Assembly (NCBI GenBank): GCA_000004985.1
Contig: GG738916.1
Direction: 5' to 3' (one strand)
DNA from: Naegleria gruberi
Lineage: Eukaryota
DNA: 64,000 nucleotides
The notes beneath the pieces are model-generated. The model saw only the letters and a list, made by a program, of their open reading frames with translations. It did no database searches and was not told the DNA's origin. Shown here in pieces: positions 1-9,552 of the stretch (the first letter of the stretch is position 1; each line of letters opens with the position of its first letter). The position numbers and the translations under genes were made by a program.

Positions 1-2
1 AT

Positions 3-449
3 ATTCCATGTTCAACAAGTAATGATTGTCCATTTAGAGAAGGTTGTGCCTGTGGAGGTAAAGGTAATTATTCAAATAGTTTTGGAAGATGTGCAAGCAA
101 TTTACAATGTTATGGACCCTATACTGATATGCTGTCTTGTGTGTTCAATTTGGGGATTACATTTAAAGAGTACTATTTTTTTGGTGGTTTTGGTTACAGT
201 CAATTTGTAGATGAAGAAAGTTCAGTATTTACCAGATGTAGAAATGCCTATTCGAGATTTTATTCTTGTTTCAGAAAAGTATTTATTTCTACTGGAATTC
301 CTACTAAGGGGGAAATGGAAGGAGTTGATTTGGATGCTTATTCAGTTTATGCTTCTCCAATTCTTCCAGGTAGAAGTGGAGCAAGTCAAAATCAATTAGT
401 TTTTGGATTAGCTTTGAGTATTATGATGTTGGTAACTTTGATTTTGTAA
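3..449 (+). CDS. 5'-truncated gene. Open frame runs from nt 3 to the stop at 447-449, encoding the C-terminal part of a Cys-rich secreted protein with a C-terminal hydrophobic tail (GPI-anchor-like signal).
   Basis: Frame 3 is open with no stop from nt 3 (IPCSTSNDCPFREGCACGGKG...) to TAA. The ORF track lists only the part from the first Met at 129. The Cys spacing looks like a small disulfide-rich module. The C-terminus GRSGASQNQLVFGLALSIMMLVTLIL has a small-residue omega site followed by a hydrophobic stretch. The N-terminus lies outside the window. Confidence 0.4.
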   Translation: MPCSTSNDCPFREGCACGGKGNYSNSFGRCASNLQCYGPYTDMLSCVFNLGITFKEYYFFGGFGYSQFVDEESSVFTRCRNAYSRFYSCFRKVFISTGIPTKGEMEGVDLDAYSVYASPILPGRSGASQNQLVFGLALSIMMLVTLIL

Positions 450-565
450 AATTTATTTCTTCTAATAGTTGAATTTTGTTGAAAATCAATTATTTTTACT
501 ATTTCTAAAAATGCTAAATTGGATTGATAATATTGATTTTGTAAATTTTTATTAATATTGTAAAT

Positions 566-622
566 CGGGTGTGGTATAGTGGTAGCATTCCAGACTGTCA
601 CTCTGGCGACCCGGGTTCAATT
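566..622 (+). pseudogene. tRNA-Asp(GUC)-like remnant, truncated after the T-loop
   Basis: TCGGGTGTGGTATAGTGGTAGCATTCCAGACTGTCACTCTGGCGACCCGGGTTCAATT has a D-arm, an anticodon stem CCAGA/TCTGG with loop CTGTCAC (anticodon GTC), a variable loop and a T-stem 5' half plus T-loop. The 3' T-stem strand and the acceptor 3' strand are missing; TGTTTTG follows instead of CCCGG. A weak CCCGGTACCCA lies about 64 nt downstream. Confidence 0.4.
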
Positions 623-864
623 TGTTTTGTTAGTGTGTGGGTAATAGTTGAATGATATCGGTCATTCCTTATTTGGAAATTTCATTCCCGGTACCCATGG
701 TATGAACGAGAGTTTTGGTTGTTAATCATTTCTCGAGTGGTTTGGATGAAGTTACAGTTATGAATAATTATCAAGGAATTGGAGACACAATACTACAATA
801 ATAATGTGTTTATTAAATGTTAATTTAGCGTCACGGTGATTACTCTGTGTTTTTATAATTTAAT

Positions 865-914
865 NNNNNNNNNNNNNNNNNNNNNNNNNNNNNNNNNNNN
901 NNNNNNNNNNNNNN
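865..914. other. Assembly gap (run of 50 N)
   Basis: Fifty consecutive N characters. This is a scaffold gap, not biological sequence. Confidence 0.99.
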
Positions 915-1195
915 TATTCCGGCACTCGAGAAGCAATTTTTATATTTTCTAGTTCAATATTCCTTATTTTTCGTTCAATTTTCATATAATGGTAGTTTAG
1001 ATATCCTGCTTGAATATAGCATTTTTTATTTTTTTAAAATTTTATGTATTTCCTTTTTTAGAAGCCTCAGTTTGAGCCCTATTTTTTTCTCCTTCAAAAA
1101 TGTCCTAAAGATATAATGCTTCTTCCTAGAATGAACAACATCATTCGAGCAATTTTGTGTCACATATTGAATGTGGACTTTCATCAGAAAGTGTT

Positions 1196-3100
1196 TTATT
1201 TCTTTTTCATGTTTTCAATCTTAATTCTTCCAAAACAACATCTGAAAGTTAGGAAAAGAAGTGAAAGAGCAATTGAGCTAACGAAAATCAATGGAATATT
1301 AAGTTGAATATACCAAGAAAGTTTGGTGGAAACATCTCTCAAATGTTCATCCAAATGATCAAAAGCAACATCAATGATAATTTCACCAGCAGTCAGCACA
1401 TTATTCGAAACTATTTCAGTGACATTCTTGAATGATTCTCCAAAACTTTGAATTGTTGAAATGCTCAACTTGGCAGCATTTTGATTAATTCTCATAATTT
1501 CTCTCATTCTCTTCTTAATTTCCATTCTATCTCTCAAAACTGTTTTCATGCTCTTGACAAATGACTTTTCATCTCGATTGTAAATATCTTCAGAAATGTC
1601 AAATCCAAATCCTAAATCTTCTGAACGAACAGAGTTGGAAAATTGATCGGCAAATATTGGGAATGTCAAAATTGGAACCTGATTATCAACTGCTTCAAAT
1701 AGTGAGTGAGCTCCTGCATGTGTTACAAAAACTGAAGTAGCCGAATGTGAAAGAATTAACTCCTGATTGACCCATGTTTGGAACAGAATCTTACTAGAAA
1801 CTGATTCAGACAAATTTAACTTGGCATGTCCTTCATGAACACAAATAACTCGAATATTCTCATCAGATTTTACAATAAAATTCAAAATTGTTGTAATGTG
1901 TTCATGAGAAATTTCCAATTTAGTTCCAAAGGCCACATAAACAATTGAGAATTTTCTTTCCAATTGATCATCCAACCATGCCACCATCTCATCATCCATT
2001 AAATTATCATTCTTCTCATTGAACATTGTAAAATTAGATTCTCCCAAATTGTCGAATAATTTTGGTTTTCCAACAAGTTTGTGATCCTTCTTTGATTTTG
2101 CCTTATAACCAACAAATCGATTATTATGTGAAATTGCATAACTATAATCCAAAACTCCAGGAGCTGTAAAGTGAATGAAAGTTTTTTCTGAGGTTGTGAA
2201 TAAAATTTCATTCTTTTCTGTCATGTTGTTTGCTCGCCTGTCAGAATTCAATTCTTGAATCGATTTAATTCCCTGGAGAATAATTTGACCTTGGATGTAA
2301 ACTTCTTCATAGAGACGTGTCAGTAAATATTTGAAAATTCCTTCTTCTCTGTAAATTCTTTCAAGTTTTGCAAGACTTGTTGTGGTGAAGGGAAATCTGC
2401 CAATATATTGAGGAGTGTGGTGATTGAAAATGACAGATGGCATAATGTTTACAATGACAAAATTAAAACCTTCTCTTTGGACGTAATCAACTGCTGAATG
2501 AGCTGTCATGTCAATCACAAATAAAATATCTTCTGGACGTTCTTCCTTAATTGACCTCATTTCAGAATCTTGTTCAAACATGTTATCAATTGTTTGAATG
2601 ATAGTTGAATAGGCAACTGACAAGATATCGATACCCATGACATATCTTTTCATTTTGGAAGTTTCACTCTTTCTAAAACCATCCATTTCTTTCAATTTAG
2701 CTTTAACTTTCGAATCCTTAATATCATACATCAAAGTTGGAGTGAAATATTGCTCATGTGGGAAATATTCACTCATTGAATTATTGGCAATTTCTTCCAA
2801 CACACTCTTCCATATAAAAACTGTCAAAACTTTAACTTGGGAAATATTAAATCCTTTACATTTGGCATTTAAAATCAAACTTGTAGCTTTTGCAACATCT
2901 GACATATCTCTAACATGAGAACTATCAGGTGTAGGTATAAAAACGAATTGTTTCCTAGTACAATCTTGTTCCGTGGTTGTTCTTGCTAAATTCTTCACAT
3001 CAAATTCCTTGGCGTGAATGTGAACAAAAATTAGCACGAGCGAAAAAGCAAGAAGGGCAAGAAGCGGGAGATAAATTCCAGACTTGTGGCGATGGAACAT
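1196..3100 (-). CDS. UDP-glycosyltransferase (GT1 / UGT family), ER type-I membrane topology
   Basis: True ATG at 3098-3100 (antisense). N-terminal signal/TM MFHRHKSGIYLPLLALLAFSLVLIFV. UGT signature WVNQELILSHSATSVFVTHAGAHSLFEAVDNQVPILTFPIFADQ. C-terminal TM helix followed by a KIENMKKK dilysine tail. 634 aa in one exon. Confidence 0.75.
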   Translation of the reverse strand: MFHRHKSGIYLPLLALLAFSLVLIFVHIHAKEFDVKNLARTTTEQDCTRKQFVFIPTPDSSHVRDMSDVAKATSLILNAKCKGFNISQVKVLTVFIWKSVLEEIANNSMSEYFPHEQYFTPTLMYDIKDSKVKAKLKEMDGFRKSETSKMKRYVMGIDILSVAYSTIIQTIDNMFEQDSEMRSIKEERPEDILFVIDMTAHSAVDYVQREGFNFVIVNIMPSVIFNHHTPQYIGRFPFTTTSLAKLERIYREEGIFKYLLTRLYEEVYIQGQIILQGIKSIQELNSDRRANNMTEKNEILFTTSEKTFIHFTAPGVLDYSYAISHNNRFVGYKAKSKKDHKLVGKPKLFDNLGESNFTMFNEKNDNLMDDEMVAWLDDQLERKFSIVYVAFGTKLEISHEHITTILNFIVKSDENIRVICVHEGHAKLNLSESVSSKILFQTWVNQELILSHSATSVFVTHAGAHSLFEAVDNQVPILTFPIFADQFSNSVRSEDLGFGFDISEDIYNRDEKSFVKSMKTVLRDRMEIKKRMREIMRINQNAAKLSISTIQSFGESFKNVTEIVSNNVLTAGEIIIDVAFDHLDEHLRDVSTKLSWYIQLNIPLIFVSSIALSLLFLTFRCCFGRIKIENMKKK

Positions 3101-3388
3101 CTTGTTGGGGATGTGATTTGTTTTTTTTCTTCAATCATTTCAATGTAAAAGTTGAAATGTGGAAAGTTAAAGTTCCAGATTAGAATAACCGTACATTGCG
3201 GCCTTAGAAAACCGCTCCAAATTAGTAAGATTCAATGATTGAACATGATTGAATGGCTTAGCACAGCATGTGTCTCCGCCAAGTTTTTAACTTGAGGAAA
3301 ACTAAGGAAGTCTTTGAATTTCAATGCTATTAAAAATAGCAGTGTTAAGAGAGAGCAGTACTTCAAAGAAAGAGATTAAAATGCTAAA

Positions 3389-3477
3389 AGGCGACTGAGG
3401 GAATTGAACCCTCGACCCTCAGTTATCTCAGCATTTCTGCCTACAAGACTGATGCACTGCCACTGTGCTAAGCCGCC
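3389..3477 (-). tRNA. tRNA-Thr (anticodon UGU) with a 17-nt intron between positions 37 and 38
   Basis: Antisense sequence GGCGGCTTAGCACAGTGGCAGTGCATCAGTCTTGTA[GGCAGAAATGCTGAGAT]AACTGAGGGTCGAGGGTTCAATTCCCTCAGTCGCCT. Acceptor 7 bp (GGCGGCT/AGTCGCC, one G-U). D-stem GCAC/GTGC. Anticodon stem TCAGT/ACTGA with loop CTTGTAA. T-arm GAGGG-TTCAATT-CCCTC. The insert sits exactly at the canonical nuclear intron position. Confidence 0.8.
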
Positions 3478-3610
3478 TTACGAAGATTTTATATACAACA
3501 TTTTATGTCGATGTTATGTTCTTTAGAAAATCTACAACCACCTTCATCAATCCACCAATAATTATTTTCAAATGTTGGTTGTAGTGGAATGACTTGTTGG
3601 ATAAAATTTA

Positions 3611-6600
3611 TTATTCATAAACCTCAGCAAATTCAGTAGCACTTCTTCCAAATATTTCAGGAGTGTACATTTCCTCTGCCTTTACACTAGGAATCACAAA
3701 TGAACCAATGGATGTTGCTCTGGCAATATATGTGAATTGATGAGTGCCTTCCCATAATAGTGAAGTAAATGCTTCGACTCTTTCATCTCTAATGTTGTGA
3801 TGTTCGTACCAGATTGGATTAATCCACCAACACCAAGAATTTGGTTTGTTGGTTTTACTTCCATTGAGAGAGGAAATCTCTGGAGTTCCTTTCAATTCTG
3901 GATTGATTGGTTCGAGACCAGCTGGTAAATAGTCAACTAAGGCAACATGATATCTACGACTGGTATTTGTCATGGTCAACTTGACACGAATCAATTCTCC
4001 AGCTTTAAATCTCCAAGTATTCTTTTCCTTATCAAATGAAACATGAGAAGAATCAGTAACATGTTCATAGGTTCTTTGAACTTCAAATCCATAATCCAAT
4101 GCATCAACAAGTAAATTCTTTGGTGCATATTCCATTCCAATTCTGTAATATAATCTTCCAGGACCTTGCTTTGAGATGGCAAGAGTCTTTTTTTCATATT
4201 CCAACAAACTCATTGGAATATTTAATTGATTTTCATCCTTGGATCTTCCCTTGAACACTTGTTCTCCACAATAATCTTCACCCAACCACATGTTGGCCAC
4301 AAAATCTGGTGTCACACCTTCGAAAACATTAAAATAGGTATTGAGAGCAAGAAGAATGAAAACGTTTTCTTGAGTATTTCCCCAACGACCCTTCTTTTTG
4401 TGAGCTAGCAATCCCTTAACAATCTTTGGAATGAGATAATTGTTAGGAGTAATATTAATAAGAGCTTCTAAACAAATTCCGTCAGTTCTTCTGTCACTAT
4501 GTAACATGACATGTTTAGTTGACAGTACATCACCATAACTTGTAATAAAGTTGGCAGTTTGTGCAGTTTCATTAACATGCTTATTCAAATGTTCAATGAT
4601 TTGATTGGCTGAGGCGGTAGCTCTATTATTATTAGATAAATACATGGCAGTGGCCAACCAAGCTAAATGTTCAAAGTTTCCATTCAATTTGTAGGTTTGG
4701 TAATGTTTTTCAGCTAAATTCTTGACCTGAGAATCACCCAACAAAGCCAAAGCATAATATGCATAAGCCTTGGTAGATTTAATAGATTCCTCAGAATAAT
4801 CAAGTTCAATACAATAATTTTCAATACTTCTCAATACTGGAATTAATTTTGAGAGGGTTCCTTCATTCACTGAATATCCTGCAATCTTGGCACGTCCAAG
4901 CATGTGGCCAACATGGCAGGTCACATATGGACTGATACGATAATTATTATTATAGGACCAGTATCCAAATCCACCATTTGGAAATTGTCTTGCTTCTAAG
5001 GCAGTAAGAGCATGTTTGATATTATTATCGATTGCTTCCTTACTAGGAATTTGTTGTGAATTGAATGCAAGAAGAATGTCTTTCAAAGAAATAATGGAAA
5101 GTAATCTGCTGGAAATTTGTTCACTGCATTCGTATGGATAATTGTACAAGTATAAGAAACTGTCAGTGAGTGAAGAAAGTGCAGTAGAGCTAGTAGAAAT
5201 CTTTAAGCCTCCAAATTGAGTGAAAACATTTGGAGGAGCCTTAACAGGTTGGAAAACAGAAGAATCTCCATCCATTTCACCATAAGTGGCAAATGCTTCA
5301 GTAGTGGCAGGTGTAAATACTCTAATTTCCTTTTCAATGGCATCAGAAAAGTTAATTCCGATTGTGGCAATCGACACACCAATTTGGAATCGTGCAATAC
5401 CAACTCTATCGGTTGACATTGGGAATCTCAATTCAGTTCTTCCTAAAGCTGGAATCCTAATCTTGAGGCCCTTCTTTGACTCATCCAACAAGTTCAAATT
5501 GGTAAAATTGATAGCTGCATTTACCTCCAAATTCAATTGAGTTTGATTTTGTAAAACACATGTAAATTCTACTCTATCACCAAAGTTCAAGAATCGAGGA
5601 AGAGATGGCCTAATTGACAATGGAAGTTGAGCTATCATGGAAGATTCATGAATTCCAAAATTCCAATCACCCTTAACAGCAACTGCTGTGATTCTATATT
5701 TTGTAAGATTGTCAGGTATCTTGAATTTTACACTTGTGAATCCTTCTGCATTTGTCTTACTAGATGGACTAAAGATTGCCAATGGATTGAAATTTGATCT
5801 CACTGCAATCATTGGTTGTTCAGGTACTGGCATACCAGCAAATGCTGCACTACCAAACGCAAAGCCACCATACGATTGGACTGAAGGAGAAAATGGATCA
5901 GATGCTGGCATTTGTTGCATTTGCATTTGCATCGGATAACTATGATGATTATGAGAAAATGAAAAACCTGAGTTAGTAAGAGAAGTTCCAAACAGGGAAT
6001 TGGTGGTGGTATAAGTTTGCTCCTCTTGGAATATTATTCCCTGATAGCTCTTTACAAATACATTATTTCTGAGAGAGTAAGGTTGATAAGTAGTGTTGTA
6101 TGGTGTAACAAAGGTATCTAGTGGATTACTGATGGAGTAGTTGGTGAGAGAGAGTACAGCTTCGTCCACAGCAATGATACACACTTCACATCCTTCTTGT
6201 GGAGCTCCAGTCATTGGATCCTTAACTAGTACACTGATACTGGTTTCACTTCCAGGTGTCAAATATTCTCTTTCAGGTTTAGATTCCACAGATAAGCTTC
6301 TTGAATTTTTTGAAACCTCAATATCACAAGAACCTGATGAAAAAGCAGGTTGCTTTGGTAAATCTAAAACAGTGCCCGTGGCATCTACTCTTGATTCAGA
6401 ACCTGAGAGTTCAACACTTACTTTAACATTTGGAATGTGATCTAGAGTAATTCCAAGCTCAAATTCTGTATAACCAAGATCAGCATCAATTTGAATTGGA
6501 TATTGACGATGAATTCCATGAAGTTGTGTAAACAGTACGCCTTCAGCTTTGGAATCAAATGGAGATTGAATCAGAATCTTGGCCTTTTCTCCAACTTGAT

Positions 6601-9521
6601 ATTCTTTCTTATCTGTAAGAAGAGTGAGTTGTTTCTTCCCTATCAAAACTTCTCTTGCAGAAAATCCAGTGATAAATAAACTTGTTGATGCTTTGTTTGT
6701 TTGTCCTGTAGCAGAATCAACAATACCAATAGAAAATGAATAGTTGCCACCTTTTTCAAATTTGACAGAATATTCAATTGGTTCATTTTCCGATATGAAA
6801 ACCTTATCAATAACTTCAACAGTTTCAGAAGCATATTTGTATCCTTTCTTGACATTCACTTGAGTAGTGACTTTCAATTGGATTGGTATTCCTGAAACCA
6901 AATTTCCGTCAATATCTGTAACAATCAAAGAGGCAGTTATAGGAACATTTTGTTTTGCAAATTCTCGACTCAACTTGATTCCACAATAATATTTGCAAGG
7001 GTGAACGAGGAAGGATGCTGATGATGTCATTGTTTGTCTATTGATATCTTGAACTGTAGATTCTACAGAAATGGTGATTGGAGCCTTCTTTACACGATTA
7101 CTCTCCTCAAATGCAATTGCAATTTGGTGTTCTCCATCACCATCTGTTGTACCTTCAAAGGTTGTAACACCAACATTTGAGTTGGCCGAGAAAAGTTGCT
7201 TTACAAAGTCGTTTCCAAAGAAATTGAGAGACGTTCCAAAAGTGTATGAGGATTGATTTGGAGGAGTGTAGCTGCTGGTAGTTTGTTTGATAGTGTATCT
7301 GCATTTGGCTCCTGAAATTCCACCTCCACTATAGTAATCTGCATTGGTTGTGCAGATGGCAGATCCACCAACAATGTAATTTCCAGGTGATACTGAAGAT
7401 TTTGATTTGAACTCTGGAGTTCTAAATTCTTGAACCTTGAATGCGTGATTTGATGAAAAATCAGAGAACATAATTGTGTGACTTCCCAAGTTGGCATTAT
7501 CTGGAACTTTGAATTGAATATTAAATGTACCATCAGAGCTTAATTGTACTTTGCCTGATTCGTATCGTTGTTGTCTGGCATCTAAAATTGTGTAAGTGGA
7601 AGAATTTGTTGGAATATCAATGCTAAAAACATTTCCTTTCAAATTAAATCTTCTTACGTAACCCTTAATAGAGACAGTCTCACCTGGCTTGTACAATCCT
7701 CTATCATTGAAAATATGGGCAGTTATTTGAGGAGTAAACGCATTTCTGGCATAATATACATCTGGAATGAAACATGTGTCATGTCCATGAGTTGCTATGG
7801 CATTCAAAGAGCAGGAACCATAACTATTTCCAGAAATATTTTTAATACAACCAATTCCAGTTTTTGCATCTGGTGAACTTGTTGTATGATTATTAAAGTG
7901 GAAGGTCACATTGTCCTTAATAATACTGCCATCAATTAAGGAATTTACCCAATAGTAGGCAATTGAAGAGTTATTATCAATAACGCAATCAACTGCAATC
8001 TTCGTTGTTTGAATCCATGAAACATAACCAGGTCGAGTGTTCCATGAAGCTTTCCAGCTATTCATTTCAGCTTCAACAACCACCAACAATTGGCCAATGC
8101 TCTCAGATGGATACTGAAGATATTCTTGAAGATTAATTTCAGTTTCGACTGGTTCGTCAACTTCTCCCTTTGTTGATATGATTCCATCATAAACTAGAGT
8201 GCCAGGATATTTAATGGTAGCGTCTGTTTGGAATCTGAGTACTGAATGATTGAACATCGTGGATGGATTGACCTGGTAAACCCTGCAACGTACAGCATCC
8301 AAATTTACAGTTACAATAGGATAAGATGGACTTGGATTCAATGTTGGATCCATAACAATAACACCGGTTTTGAATGCTTGGATTGATTGGCGTGCACCTT
8401 TAACTTGAAATTCTACAGTAAGGTCTTTAAGCACTTGCCCCCAAACATCGACAAGATTCTTTACGAAAACCTTGTATGTTGTTCTTCCTTTGATTTTACC
8501 TGAGATGCTAATACTATTTCCAAATGGATTTAATGACATCCGTTCAATTGGTGGTGAAACAGTGAACATATTTTCTGTCAATTTTTCCAAATCAATGCCA
8601 GTTGTGAATTGCAAACTAAAAGCTTGCATTGGGAGCTCTCCTCCATACTTTTTGATAAACTCGAACGCAGGATAATTATTTACAGTGGTGATATGAGAAT
8701 GTAGTGTTGGCAATGGTCCTTCTGTTCCTGTAACTCCGCTCATGATACTCACCTTTACAGAGTTTCCAAAAAGATAATTACTAACATGGAACCACAAATG
8801 TCGTTTCTCTGGAGCATTTTTGAGTTTTCGTTTGTAAGCTTCATAAGTATGATAATCCCTCTTCTCCAAGTCGAAATCTTTGAGTGCTTTGAGGATGAAC
8901 TCCTGTACGAGAGGATTTGAACTCTTGCCGTCATGAATTAAGGTGGCTAAATTACTATTCTCATTAATTGAAATGAATTTGATAACTTCACTTGGATCAA
9001 TGTCTTGATCGAATTCTAAATAGTAAATTGGAACTTCATTCAGAGGATGAATAGTGTGATCAGAAGGAAGGGAGCTGATTAAAGATAATCTTGGAGTTTC
9101 AAAACTAAATGTCAAATCTTCTTTCAAAATTCCTCCAATTTCTGATTTGGTTCCCTTCTTAACAGTGACTGTATACTTGGTGGACATGTCAAATCTGTAT
9201 TTGGCTGCGTAAACTAGAGTTTTTGTGCCCAACCATTTGAATTGACCTCCTTTTTTTGGAAGAGGAGAAACATCCACTGGAACTGTATCCATTACTTCAT
9301 CAATACTGCTGACAGGAACCATCGGTTGAGAGAAGGTAATAGTGATCGATGGCACTGAACGATCCAACACACCTTCAGGCGAATAACGAATCACACTCAA
9401 CTCTGATCCTAAAATCTTTTCCTCCTCTTCAATCAATTCTTTTGGTTTCTCCAAATTCATTTCCGGTGGAAAGGGTACATTATTGATCTCTGCAGTAATT
9501 GGTGCTTTCAACGATTTTTCT
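3611..9521 (-). CDS. Alpha-2-macroglobulin family thioester-containing protein of bacterial type. Intronless, about 1970 aa, with no ATG of its own.
   Basis: Thioester-region motif YNYPYECSEQ is CxEQ type, not the metazoan GCGEQ. The N-terminal Ig-like module has ITFSQPMVPV. The A2M_comp-like segment has ARQFPNGGFGYWS. The C-terminal module DERVEAF...YIARATSIGSFVIPSVKAEEMYTPEIFGRSATE resembles the last domain of bacterial A2Ms. The track's M at 9511 is actually TTG (plus strand 9509-9511 = caa). The frame is open upstream only to a TGA at about 9536. There is no ATG and no signal peptide. Confidence 0.6.
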
Positions 9522-9552
9522 CTTTGATTAATTCATAATATAAGATATTAAA

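Noticed and set aside
865-914. N-run as a biological feature
   Set aside because: It is a scaffold gap placeholder.
5203-5991. Several 60-95-aa ORFs on both strands inside the A2M coding region
   Set aside because: They are nested within a 5.9-kb ORF that has continuous domain homology. They are chance ORFs.
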